A DNA stretch of 64,000 nt from Thainema sp. GTDB taxonomy: Bacteria; Cyanobacteriota; Cyanobacteriia; Phormidesmidales; Phormidesmidaceae. The stretch covers positions 64,001-128,000 of the forward strand of contig JBQLZK010000008.1 in the NCBI GenBank assembly GCA_052168235.1. The letters are read 5' to 3'. Below, piece by piece: positions 18,601 through 28,417 of the stretch (positions are counted from its first letter, which is position 1; every line of letters starts with the position of its first letter). Both the position numbers and the translations under genes were made by a program. Under the pieces are notes generated by a model. It did no database searches. It saw only the letters and a list, made by a program, of their open reading frames with translations, and had not been told where the DNA came from.

Positions 18601-19125
18601 CTATGAATCAGTGTTGTAAATTAAAGGGATGATTATACAATCACCAGATTTTTTGTGATTGTCTGTTGACTTATATTCTTCTTCTAATTTTTTTCTATAG
18701 CCGCGGGCTGGCCAGATTTCTCCCACAACGCGTATTTCGCCGTTTTCTCCAATGATAGTTAATTTGACTTCTTTATATGTTACGCCAATTTCTTTCTCTC
18801 TTTCACCCTCATATAGAATTCTAGACTCATCATAAAAGTTTTTAACCTCATACTTTTCTGTTACGGTTGCTTCCTTTTCTTCTATGGAATCTGTTTCTAT
18901 TTGTTTGATTCCTTCTATTAAAGATATTTCTCTTGAAATATCCGAGAGGTCTTCTTCCTGATTACACATTGAAGATTGAGCTTTTTTGATATCGGATCTT
19001 TCTATAAATTCAAGAACCTTAACTATTGGAGCTGCTGGCCCTTTGTAAAAGAAGAGTGAATATGGAATTGCAAGGAGCAACATAAAGAATGACCATGTTA
19101 AGAGACATCCACATCCTTTATTCAT
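18601..19125 (-). CDS. Hypothetical membrane-anchored protein (AT-rich)
   Basis: GGGAG RBS, MNKGCGC plus hydrophobic segment, 174 aa. Confidence 0.65.
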   Translation of the reverse strand: MNKGCGCLLTWSFFMLLLAIPYSLFFYKGPAAPIVKVLEFIERSDIKKAQSSMCNQEEDLSDISREISLIEGIKQIETDSIEEKEATVTEKYEVKNFYDESRILYEGEREKEIGVTYKEVKLTIIGENGEIRVVGEIWPARGYRKKLEEEYKSTDNHKKSGDCIIIPLIYNTDS

Positions 19126-19308
19126 ATAAAAACTCCCGTTCGCTGGTCATGGTCAATATAGAAGTAGTGATGATATATAGACTTACAAATTAAATCTGCT
19201 ATATCTGGAAAAAACTCTACAGGGATTCCAAAGAAGCATGATGCTAAAGATGCTCAAAGGTCTTGCAAGCAGTAGATTCTAGCGATCGCAAATTTCGTAG
19301 TATCTAAT

Positions 19309-21876
19309 TCAACCTTGGTTTTGCAGAGTACCGCGTGTAACACCCAATTGGCTCGTAAGCCGCAAATCTCGCCAAAGCTGGCGACCGTCAATTTCTCCGC
19401 GCAAAAGCTGCTGATAGCGTCCAATCGTTTCCGCAACCTGATCGGGTGATTCGCGCAGGAATTCTAAGCGGAAGTGGCGACCACCGTGCTGGATTAAATG
19501 CTGAACATATTCCGCTGCGGTTTGAGCCGTGCCGTTGAAAACCGTGTTGCGACAGCCCGCATCGGCTTGCAGAATGTGTTCCGTGCCAACGCGATCGCGC
19601 AATTTGACCTCCTGACTTTCACAGGGACGACCGCAGTTGGTGTAGTCCGTCCCCTCCGACAGAAAAGCGCAGAAAACGCAGTGCTCCATGTGGAACATCG
19701 GCATGTGCTGATGGATGGTGATTTCCAGCCAGTTGGACGGCACCGTTGCCAGTAGGTCAGACAGTTGCGCCACGTTCAGGTCATAGGACGCCGTCAAGCG
19801 CTCCAGACCGTAGGTTGACTTGAAGTAATCCGCTGTAATCGGGTTGGCAACATTCAGGGAAAAATCGCCAATCTTGCGCTCCTGTTGAAACCACTGGAGC
19901 TGATCGTAGTTCCGCACCAGATAGCCGTCGGCCTCGGAGCGCTGCACCTGCTGAAGAATGTAAGTTTCCAGCGGTTTCGTGATCCGAGGTGGTGCCACCC
20001 AAATGGTTTGCTGGTCAGACTGCTGCTGCCGGAACCAGCGCACCGCCTCCCGATAGGCGGCAGGATTTTCAAACTCGCAGTACAGCGTTTGAATGTTGCG
20101 ATCGCAAGCGGCTTCCAACTGCGCCCGATTTCGTACCAGCACGATTAGCCCCGGCGTTACCGATGAATCCGGTGAGGATACGACAGGTAATAAATCCCGA
20201 TAGGAAACTTGAGCGTGTAGCGTCCAGGGTTTCGGCTGGCTGCGCTGTTCCTCAAGCTGGGTGACAAGCTCGCGCCGCATTCGGTTCAGCTCACTCACAG
20301 GCAGCATCACGTGATCGGTCAGGTGATTATCTAAGCTGCCGAGCTTAAACGGCGTGTTACCCAAACGGCCAAACTGAGAGACGAGCCGATCAGTAGTCAA
20401 CGGTTTGCTATGCGCTTCCACCAGCGGCATGGCCGAGTCCACTTGGGCAATATGACCTTGAGCATCACGTGCGATCGCACTTAGGACTTTGCCAACTGCG
20501 CCATCAATTGCGATCGCAATTTCGCGCTGAAAGGGCGACGCATTCTCAGCGAACGTCTGCTGAAGCTCCCGATCCAGTTCTGGGTCGCTGGTTTTCCAAA
20601 GCTTGTTGCCGACCTGAATCCGCTTCAGGTTAATCGCGCCATCGCCAAAGGTTAGCGTAGCGATTTCGGTTTTGCCTTGGCGCTTGAGTTCGACGGTATA
20701 GACCCGTCCGCCTTCTTCCCTCGCTTCGGGATGACCGTTATCGAATACGACACCATCACCGGGTTTAATCGGCGCTTGCAGGTTAATCATGACTGTCGGG
20801 TAGCGCCCAGCATGAATTTGCGTCACTTCACCCAGATATACCCCCCGTTTTTTGCCGAAGCGGGCATGAACGAGGGCTTGATTGTCGATTCCTTCAAACC
20901 AGCCCGTATGCAGTCCCCGCGAAAACGCCATCTCCAGGTTGTAGCGATCTTCGGGTTGACTTGGATCGGCAGCGGGATTAGCCGAGGTTTGGCCTTGCGC
21001 CATTAGCCGATCCAATGCTTGCCGATAGGTGCGGGTGACATTAGCGACATATTCCGGCGACTTGAGCCGACCTTCAATTTTGAGACTGGTCACGCCGGAT
21101 CTGACTAAATCCGCTAAGACAGGCAAGCCGGATAGATCTTGAGGGCTGAGTAGATAACTGCGATCGCGCAAGTCCACCTGTTCACCATCGGCAATTAGGT
21201 CATACTGCATCCGGCAGGCTTGGGCACATTCGCCCCGATTGGCGGATCGTCCGCCCAGCGCTTCACTGGTCAAACATTGGCCAGAGTAGGCAACGCAGAG
21301 CGCCCCATGCACAAAGACTTCTAGCGGTAGAGCAATCTGCTGCGACTCTCGCTGAGCCTGAATTCTGTTGATTTCCTTCAGCGAGCATTCCCGCGCCAGG
21401 ACGACAAGCTGGCAGCCAAGAGATTGGGCAAACTCGACGCCTGCTGCACTGGTAACTGTCATCTGCGTTGAGGCGTGAATCGGAAAATCAGGTGACAGGT
21501 GGCGAATCAGCCGACAAATGCCCACGTCTTGCACAATCACAGCATCTACCCCAGCCGCGATCATCGTCCGCAGATACTGCTCAGCTTCAGCTAGTTCTCT
21601 GGGAAACACCAGCGTGTTCAGCGTCACGTAGCCCTTGACGCCGCGCCGATGCAGATAGGCCATCAGCTCTGGCAAGTCGGCTTCAGTGAAATTCTCGGCA
21701 CGCATCCGGGCGTTGAACCGATCCAAACCAAAATAAATGGCATCGGCTCCGTTTTCCACGGCAGCTTTAGCGCAGTCCCATTGTCCAGCGGGCGCTAGCA
21801 ATTCAGGCCGCTGATAGACCAGGCGTTCAGGTGAATCACTAGCTTGAGAAAACGAGGCGCTCGGGGATGAGGTCAT
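19309..21876 (-). CDS. U32 family protein with DUF3656 (RlhA-like)
   Basis: PELLAPAG, HASTQM, EVFVHGALCVAYSGQC, SANRGECAQACR, LKIEGR; start uncertain. Confidence 0.92.
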   Translation of the reverse strand: MTSSPSASFSQASDSPERLVYQRPELLAPAGQWDCAKAAVENGADAIYFGLDRFNARMRAENFTEADLPELMAYLHRRGVKGYVTLNTLVFPRELAEAEQYLRTMIAAGVDAVIVQDVGICRLIRHLSPDFPIHASTQMTVTSAAGVEFAQSLGCQLVVLARECSLKEINRIQAQRESQQIALPLEVFVHGALCVAYSGQCLTSEALGGRSANRGECAQACRMQYDLIADGEQVDLRDRSYLLSPQDLSGLPVLADLVRSGVTSLKIEGRLKSPEYVANVTRTYRQALDRLMAQGQTSANPAADPSQPEDRYNLEMAFSRGLHTGWFEGIDNQALVHARFGKKRGVYLGEVTQIHAGRYPTVMINLQAPIKPGDGVVFDNGHPEAREEGGRVYTVELKRQGKTEIATLTFGDGAINLKRIQVGNKLWKTSDPELDRELQQTFAENASPFQREIAIAIDGAVGKVLSAIARDAQGHIAQVDSAMPLVEAHSKPLTTDRLVSQFGRLGNTPFKLGSLDNHLTDHVMLPVSELNRMRRELVTQLEEQRSQPKPWTLHAQVSYRDLLPVVSSPDSSVTPGLIVLVRNRAQLEAACDRNIQTLYCEFENPAAYREAVRWFRQQQSDQQTIWVAPPRITKPLETYILQQVQRSEADGYLVRNYDQLQWFQQERKIGDFSLNVANPITADYFKSTYGLERLTASYDLNVAQLSDLLATVPSNWLEITIHQHMPMFHMEHCVFCAFLSEGTDYTNCGRPCESQEVKLRDRVGTEHILQADAGCRNTVFNGTAQTAAEYVQHLIQHGGRHFRLEFLRESPDQVAETIGRYQQLLRGEIDGRQLWRDLRLTSQLGVTRGTLQNQG

Positions 21877-22007
21877 GGGAGAGAAAGATGCGAAACCACC
21901 AAATTCCATACTAATTGGCTGGCTTGGAATTGGGAGATCGTATAAATCAGCGGCTTCTGGCTCGGTGCGATAAAATCGGGCCAAAGGCTCCTAAATCCGG
22001 AAATTCT

Positions 22008-22556
22008 ATGCTGTTCAGGCTTGTGACTGCACGTTGGCGATCGAGATTAAGATTGCAGTACTTTACGAGACGGCAACGCCAAACGCTGTGTTTATCGTAT
22101 CTTCTCAGTTTGTTCCTAGTTGGATTGCTGCTACTGCCAGCTCCTGCCTTTGCTCAGGCAATTGACTCTGCTTCGCCACCATCGGTCACACCCGAATCTG
22201 AGCTAATTCAACCTAAACAGCGGCCTGATATTCAGCCTTTACCCAAAACATCTGATACTTTCCTGAAATCTTCAGAGCCTGTTAAGACCTACTTTTTATC
22301 GGTGCCGCCAGGTGGTGTAAAACATCAAATCGCCATCAGTCCAGCGGCAACTCAGCTACAGGTCACGTCCGAATCTGGCAGCACGGCAACTCCCTGTGGT
22401 GATGCGGTGCAGATGTATAGCTGTACGGCGGGTAAACCTGTCAAAATTCAGCGGAGTGCGGAAGATGCGATCGCAACTTTCATGGCCCGCAATTCCAGCG
22501 AACAGCCCGTTCGTCTTCGTTTAGATGTGTATGAAACTGTTACAGACCAGCCATAG
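22008..22556 (+). CDS. Hypothetical exported protein
   Basis: Signal-like LLLLPAPAFAQA; start uncertain. Confidence 0.6.
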   Translation: MLFRLVTARWRSRLRLQYFTRRQRQTLCLSYLLSLFLVGLLLLPAPAFAQAIDSASPPSVTPESELIQPKQRPDIQPLPKTSDTFLKSSEPVKTYFLSVPPGGVKHQIAISPAATQLQVTSESGSTATPCGDAVQMYSCTAGKPVKIQRSAEDAIATFMARNSSEQPVRLRLDVYETVTDQP

Positions 22557-22709
22557 ATAGTTCATAGATAATCGACAGACACCTTTAATTCTCAGTAGAA
22601 TGGCACTGGACTTAGACTGATGCGATCTCCTCTCGCTATTAGATAGTAGGGTTTCTAGCCATTTGCAAACTCCAACTTTAGCGATATCTATTCTCAATAA
22701 ACCTTTCTT

Positions 22710-23036
22710 ATGTTTGCGGCACTTGTGATTTTGGCCATTGGGCTTATGCCTCCGCTTGTATCCCTGTGGATTCTGCGCCGATCCGACGAGCGTAACCGAC
22801 AGCATTTAGCGCTGGCTCTCGAATCCTACGCGACTCGCGGCTTGCCTCTGATCCGCCGAGATTCAGATCATCACTACATTGACGGCTTGGGCTATATCGT
22901 GGGCGACATCACCTGCCAATTCAATGCCCGCTCACCCTACATCCGCTGCGCCATCAATCCCTCCGGCCCCTGCGAGCAGTGTCGCCACTACGATCCAAAG
23001 TTTTATGGCAGTACACTGCTGAGGACTGAGGACTGA
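22710..23036 (+). CDS. DUF6464-like cyanobacterial protein
   Basis: GDITCQFNARSPYIRCAINPSGPCEQCRHY. Confidence 0.8.
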   Translation: MFAALVILAIGLMPPLVSLWILRRSDERNRQHLALALESYATRGLPLIRRDSDHHYIDGLGYIVGDITCQFNARSPYIRCAINPSGPCEQCRHYDPKFYGSTLLRTED

Positions 23037-23086
23037 GGACTGAGTGGCAGGAATACGCCTTACTCCTCACGCCTCTCGCCTCACTC
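23019..23086. repeat. Heptamer tandem repeats (STRR-like) between convergent genes
   Basis: (CTGAGGA)x3 followed by CTCACGC/CTCTCGC/CTCACTC. Confidence 0.7.
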
Positions 23087-23088
23087 AT

Positions 23089-24564
23089 CTAATCCGTCAG
23101 CGGTAGCCAGATCTCAAATTCTGTACCGGGTGATTCGTCTTCTGTAACCCGAGAACGGGGCGATCGCACATTCAGATTGCCGCCGTGTTTGGCCGTCACG
23201 ATGTGGTAGCTCAAGCCTAAGCTGGTTTCTTTCGCCATTCGTTTCTTGGTCGAAAACGTTTCTAGCAGGGCTTGGTATTGAGTAGCCGACAGTCCAGGGC
23301 CGTTATCCGCAATTTGGATGACGACCCAGCGAGGAGCTTGAGTTGCAGGAGCCGCTCCGCCAGTTGAGGCAGAAGATAGCGGGCGGATTTGGGTTGTAAT
23401 CTCAATTTTGGGACGTGGATTAGTGGGTTCCAGGGAGCGACAGCGCCTATTTTCACCAAATTCTTCGTCGAGGCAACCAATAACAGCGGGTTCCAGTAGC
23501 GCTTCTACGGCATTCATCAGGATATTCATAAATACCTGACTCAGTTGGCCAATGAAACAGTTGACGGGCGGTAAGGAAGCATAATTGCGCACCACCTGAA
23601 TTTCGCCGGACAGCCGCTCTTTCAGCAGGATCAAAATGCTGTCAATGCAGTCATGTAGATCGGCAGGCTTGGGATAGACTTCATCAATGTGGCAAAAGGT
23701 TTGCAGGCTGCTGGCCAGGGTTTTGAGCCGAGTTGCTCCGCCACGAATACTTGCGATCGCTTTTGGTAAATCCGCCTTCACATAGTCTAGTTCCATGTCC
23801 TCCTGTAGCTCTAGCACCTGATCGGAGGGATTGGGACAGCAGGCTTGATAGGCGTCCAGTAAGGTCAGTAACTGTTGGCTGTACGTCGAAACGTGGGCGA
23901 GGTTTCCCCAGATAAACCCGACCGGGTCTAAAATTTCGTGCGCCACTCCATCGACCAAGCGGCCTAAACTCGCCATTTTTTCGCTTTGGATCATTTGGGC
24001 TTGGGCGCGTTCATAGTGAACTTGCGTCTCCAGTCCTCGCACTTGCCAGTAGGCGGTATTTAGCTCATGACTGCTCAATAGGTAATACTGATTGCCTTCG
24101 GCTTGAACCACAATCGGTTCAGTCTGAAATTCCGGCGGGCGACGCAGCGCTCGCCGGGCAGCGCTGGTGATTTTGGTAGTCCCTGCCATCAGCAGTGGCG
24201 TCGTTCGGGCATAGCTGTGTAGAACTTGAATCGGCTGCTGAAGAAACAGCTTGATGCCTTGAGGCCGCAGCAGGTATTCCAACAACCGCTGCCGAGAAAT
24301 CATGCCTAGGAACTGGTCTTGTTCGGTAATGATGACTCCGGGTAGCAGGGGTTCCCGCTCAAACATTTGGGCAACAGCTAATCCGGAAACAGTTCCATCA
24401 ACGTTAAATTGACACCAGGTTAGATCCTGAACGGTTGATTCAAACGTCAATCCTAAACCGCTGCCCTCTGTCCATGTCGGCAGGTTCATACCACCCGGTG
24501 CCGCCGATGGTCGGCAGCGGGGATCAGAGCTGGAAGAGTGTGAACGCTTGCGTGATGACACCAC
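23089..24564 (-). CDS. Sensor histidine kinase
   Basis: QSEKMASLGRLVDGVAHEI, QVFMNILMNAVEA, IADNGPG; N-terminal CBS-like region. Confidence 0.88.
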   Translation of the reverse strand: MVSSRKRSHSSSSDPRCRPSAAPGGMNLPTWTEGSGLGLTFESTVQDLTWCQFNVDGTVSGLAVAQMFEREPLLPGVIITEQDQFLGMISRQRLLEYLLRPQGIKLFLQQPIQVLHSYARTTPLLMAGTTKITSAARRALRRPPEFQTEPIVVQAEGNQYYLLSSHELNTAYWQVRGLETQVHYERAQAQMIQSEKMASLGRLVDGVAHEILDPVGFIWGNLAHVSTYSQQLLTLLDAYQACCPNPSDQVLELQEDMELDYVKADLPKAIASIRGGATRLKTLASSLQTFCHIDEVYPKPADLHDCIDSILILLKERLSGEIQVVRNYASLPPVNCFIGQLSQVFMNILMNAVEALLEPAVIGCLDEEFGENRRCRSLEPTNPRPKIEITTQIRPLSSASTGGAAPATQAPRWVVIQIADNGPGLSATQYQALLETFSTKKRMAKETSLGLSYHIVTAKHGGNLNVRSPRSRVTEDESPGTEFEIWLPLTD

Positions 24565-24643
24565 AGTAGAAACGAGACAATAGGAACAAGAGTCGAGGTC
24601 TTGTTCTCAGAATGCCCGACTTCAGAGAAAATTAAGCATTGGC

Positions 24644-24967
24644 TCAAGCGGTTTCCGATTCTTCAGTTATCAGTCGTTCCATAAATGCTTTGATCCGCAT
24701 CCGGTTAATGTAGGGCCAGCCGCCGCTCAGCTCAATGTCTTTGAGCAGTCCATAAAGCGCTTGGCGGTTGTCTGGTAGCGCATCTTGGAATAGCGTTTCG
24801 CGAATGTCGCGGTGGAGATCTTCAAGTACACGCAGCAGTTGCAGTAGCTCCAGCACATCTGCCTGACGGGCTTGAGCGGCTGCTTGGACTTGAGTTGCGA
24901 TCGCGCTTAAATCTTCAGGTAAATCTTGAGACAGAGAATCGAGTTGAGACATGGCGGGTTGAGACAT
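24644..24967 (-). CDS. Conserved cyanobacterial hypothetical protein
   Basis: LFQDALPDNRQALYGLLKDIE.SGGWPYI. Confidence 0.75.
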   Translation of the reverse strand: MSQPAMSQLDSLSQDLPEDLSAIATQVQAAAQARQADVLELLQLLRVLEDLHRDIRETLFQDALPDNRQALYGLLKDIELSGGWPYINRMRIKAFMERLITEESETA

Positions 24968-25417
24968 CGGTTTATAACAAAAGGCTGAATGAACTATACA
25001 ATTCGCAACAATTAATTCATTAAAGTCGATCAGAAAAATAGAGGTCAAACTGGCAGTCTGACAACACCATTAATCTCCCGTCTGAGGCTGGCGATTTGCG
25101 CTAAACACACGTCATCTTCTATATCTGACTGATTTCGCTGCATATTACTCCACTCCACACTAATTTGCGATCGCGCATCCATTTTTGGCTGCTAGCCGCC
25201 ACTTAGACTGAATTCAGCGATACGGAACGTAATAAACGCCACATAGCCATGTAAAATGCTGTAGTGAAAGTTGTTCAACCGTTTCGGCAATTATAGAGTT
25301 TAAAATCGACCCCTCTTTTGAGTGTGTCGAACATCTTACGTGGCTAGTGCTAAAGCCCCTTAATATTCATCTGCAGGAAACATCGCTTTCATCCGAATTG
25401 ATAAATCGAGGTTGACC

Positions 25418-26251
25418 ATGAGGTACCGTACGTTAGTTGTTACGCTATTGGCTTTGTGCTTCGGTTTCATTACCGCTTGTAGCGAAGCCCCATCCGCTAA
25501 AGACTTAGGCTCGTTGTCTTACGATCAGATCGTCAATACGGGGTTAGCAAACTCCTGTTTGCAGCTTGACGAAACTGCTCGTGGTTCTATTCCAATCCAG
25601 TCTGGCCAATCCTACAAAATCACCGATCTCTGCTTAGAGCCGACCACTTTCTTCGTCAAGGAAGAACCGCTGAACCAGCGTCAAGCAGCAGAATTCGTTC
25701 CGGGTAAAAGCCTGACTCGTTACACATCCTCATTGGATCAGGTCAGTGGGAAGCTGTTACTACAAGGTGACGGTAGCCTGGTGTTTGAAGAGCAAGATGG
25801 TATGGACTTCCAAGCCATTACCGTACAGCTACCCGGTGGTGAACAGGTACCCTTCCTCTTTACCGTTAAAGGTCTCGTTGCTCAGTCTCAGGCTGGTTTG
25901 AACGCAATTACCACCTCCACTGACTTTGAAGGTGATGTGCGCGTTCCGTCTTACCGGACATCCAACTTCCTCGATCCCAAAGGTCGCGGTTTGACCAGTG
26001 GCTATGACAACGCTGTTGCACTACCTGCACGAGCTGATGCAGCAGAAATTCTAGAAGAGAACATCAAGCAGTTCAAGGTGGGCTACGGCCACATCTCACT
26101 GCAAATTTCTAAGGTTGACAGTGCGACTGGCGAAATTGCCGGTACGTTTGAGACGGTTCAGCCCTCTGACACCGACATGGGTGCTAAAGCGGCAGTAGAC
26201 GTGAAGGTTCGCGGTCTATTCTATGGCCGAGTTGAAACCGCTTCTGCATAA
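25418..26251 (+). CDS. psbO: Photosystem II manganese-stabilising protein
   Basis: TGLANSC, LCLEPTTFFVKEE, DFQAITVQLPGGEQVPFLFTVK, PSYRTSNFLDPKGRG, QPSDTDMG. Confidence 0.97.
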   Translation: MRYRTLVVTLLALCFGFITACSEAPSAKDLGSLSYDQIVNTGLANSCLQLDETARGSIPIQSGQSYKITDLCLEPTTFFVKEEPLNQRQAAEFVPGKSLTRYTSSLDQVSGKLLLQGDGSLVFEEQDGMDFQAITVQLPGGEQVPFLFTVKGLVAQSQAGLNAITTSTDFEGDVRVPSYRTSNFLDPKGRGLTSGYDNAVALPARADAAEILEENIKQFKVGYGHISLQISKVDSATGEIAGTFETVQPSDTDMGAKAAVDVKVRGLFYGRVETASA

Positions 26252-26325
26252 GCTGCATTCATCGGTGGTTCCATCTAGAACCAACAGTTCAATTTCAATT
26301 CAGTTTCAATTCAGTATTGATAACG

Positions 26326-26360
26326 AGGAGGGAGCGTTTTAGGACGTTCCCTTTTTTGTT
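26326..26360 (+). terminator. Intrinsic terminator after psbO
   Basis: GAGGGAGCGT-TTTAGG-ACGTTCCCTT followed by a T run. Confidence 0.7.
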
Positions 26361-26611
26361 GGGTAAGAGGCGAATTGCTGCGAGCGGGGTACTGGGTGTT
26401 AGGTTTTGGGTACTAGGTTTTGCGGTGTTCCGGTTTGGTTGAGACATTCACATGATTTGAGGTTGGAACGTCAGAACGTTGGAATGTTTCAGAGTTGCCG
26501 TGGGATATGAATCAATGGGCAGTTTAATACCGAGGGGCATCTCCAAAAGTGCAAAGATTTGTTACACAGTAGAGTGGGAGCGTAACTGCACAAGATTTAG
26601 GAGTGTGAGTT

Positions 26612-27883
26612 TTGAAGGTTTTAACGCAGCTTGAGCCGTCAACCCGTCGGAACCTGATTATTTTGTTCAGCACTGGTCTGATGTTTTGGTCGGGACTGGC
26701 ATTACTCCTACCAGCGCTGCCGCTCTACATTGAGCATCTGGGCGGTTCAGGCTGGCAGATTGGGGTGACGATGGGCTCTTTTGCGATCGGACTCTTGGTA
26801 TCCAAGGCTTGGCTGTCAAAGCTGGCCGACGATCGGGGGCGCAAGCTGGTGTTGATTATTGGCGTGGTTGCGATCGCACTTGCTCCCATTGGTTACTTAT
26901 TAGCAGGCTCTATTCCAGTTTTGATAGTGGTGCGGGCACTCCACGGCATCAGCATTTCAGCGTTTGCCACGGCCTATAGCGCTCTAGTTGTCGATGCCTC
27001 ACCTCCCGGTAATCGCGGTGAGTTGGTCGGCTACATGAGCTTGGTCAACCCGCTAGGACTGGCACTGGGGCCAGCAATGGGCGGTTTTTTATATGAATGG
27101 TTTGGCTTCACGCCGTTTTTTCTGGCCTCTGCGCTGCTGGGATTTGGCGGGTTGTTCTGCTCCTTTAAGGTGCAGGAATCCAAGAGTTTTCTGGCCGCAA
27201 AGCAGGCGGTGCAGTCGGTTTCGCCGCAGCAACAAGCGGAGGACAGCCGATTTTGGAGTTTGTTGCTGACCGATCGGGTTCGCATTCCGGCGACGATTTT
27301 AATGCTGGTGGGACTAGCGTTTGGCACGATTACGACGTTTGTGCCGCTGCTGATTCAAGAAGCCAATTTAACGCTCAACTCAGGATTGTTTTACACGACA
27401 GCTGCGATCGCAAGTTTCTCGGTTCGTCTGATCACAGGTCGCGCTTCGGATCGCTATGGTCGGGGCCGTTTCATTACCGTTAGCCTCGTGTTCTACAGCT
27501 TGGCCATGCTGGCGCTGTGGCGAGTACAGACCGACTTGGGCTTGATTGCGGCTGGCCTCTTGCAAGGAGCGGGAGCTGGCACGCTGATTCCGATGATTGC
27601 AGTGCTAATGGCCGATCGGTCGCGCCCCAACGAGCGAGGCCGCATGTTTGGTCTCTGCATGATTGGCTTTGACTTAGGCATAGCCCTTGCTGGCCCAGTA
27701 CTGGGACTCTTCGCCACCTGGATCGGCTATCGTACCGTCTTTGGCATCTCGTCGGGACTGCTCATGCTAGGTATTTTGATTTTCCTGTGCTTATCGAGTA
27801 AAGACTTGCCCCATTCACTTCGATTCGCGCTCTCCGGCGGTCGAGATGTTTATGCGATCAAAGCCTCAGACGATATGGCATAA
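26612..27883 (+). CDS. MFS transporter
   Basis: About 12 hydrophobic segments, motif A (KLADDRGRK, GRASDRYGR). Confidence 0.9.
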   Translation: MKVLTQLEPSTRRNLIILFSTGLMFWSGLALLLPALPLYIEHLGGSGWQIGVTMGSFAIGLLVSKAWLSKLADDRGRKLVLIIGVVAIALAPIGYLLAGSIPVLIVVRALHGISISAFATAYSALVVDASPPGNRGELVGYMSLVNPLGLALGPAMGGFLYEWFGFTPFFLASALLGFGGLFCSFKVQESKSFLAAKQAVQSVSPQQQAEDSRFWSLLLTDRVRIPATILMLVGLAFGTITTFVPLLIQEANLTLNSGLFYTTAAIASFSVRLITGRASDRYGRGRFITVSLVFYSLAMLALWRVQTDLGLIAAGLLQGAGAGTLIPMIAVLMADRSRPNERGRMFGLCMIGFDLGIALAGPVLGLFATWIGYRTVFGISSGLLMLGILIFLCLSSKDLPHSLRFALSGGRDVYAIKASDDMA

Positions 27884-27915
27884 CTACAGCAATAGTTCAG
27901 AATTGCGATCGCACA

Positions 27916-28338
27916 ATGGACAATCAAGATGCCCAAAATCTACCCTTTTGGGAAGCATGGATTCCGTACATCATGGCAGGGATCATCTTATTTTTTATAT
28001 TCACCTTAGCTTGGGGACAGGCATTCGGATATGGGCATACAGAATTGACCTGTACTCGTTCATCAACAGGTTCACTTGAATGTAACTTGATTCGAGGCAC
28101 AATGAGTCCGATTCAAATTGTCGATCCGATTGCAGTAGATGTCATTAAACGTGATCCACGAAAGAAGTTCACTTCCTACAGCGCAGAGATTCGAGCCGAA
28201 CACGTTTCATACACATTGACGATTATGTCAAGCTTCAACTCTGACATTACTTATGACGTTGCGAACAAAATAAACGACTTTCTGCTGAGATCAGATGAAT
28301 CTGAATTCTATATGAGATATCCAGAAGATGGTGGATAG
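27916..28338 (+). CDS. Hypothetical membrane protein
   Basis: 140-aa ORF, one TM segment, LTCTR....ECNL; lower GC. Confidence 0.65.
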   Translation: MDNQDAQNLPFWEAWIPYIMAGIILFFIFTLAWGQAFGYGHTELTCTRSSTGSLECNLIRGTMSPIQIVDPIAVDVIKRDPRKKFTSYSAEIRAEHVSYTLTIMSSFNSDITYDVANKINDFLLRSDESEFYMRYPEDGG

Positions 28339-28417
28339 AGGAAATACAAAATTTCATCCAATCATTAGGAAGAAAGCGATAGTACAGGTATCCTGTGATC
28401 AGAGTTAGGTAAACGGC

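Noticed and set aside
23060..23086. ACTCCTCAC resembling the Yfr1 sRNA motif
   Set aside because: The full motif and flanking stems are missing; explained by heptamer repeats
25248..25265. HLR1/RpaB-like TGTAA-N5-TGTAG upstream of psbO
   Set aside because: Match is too degenerate to support without TSS data
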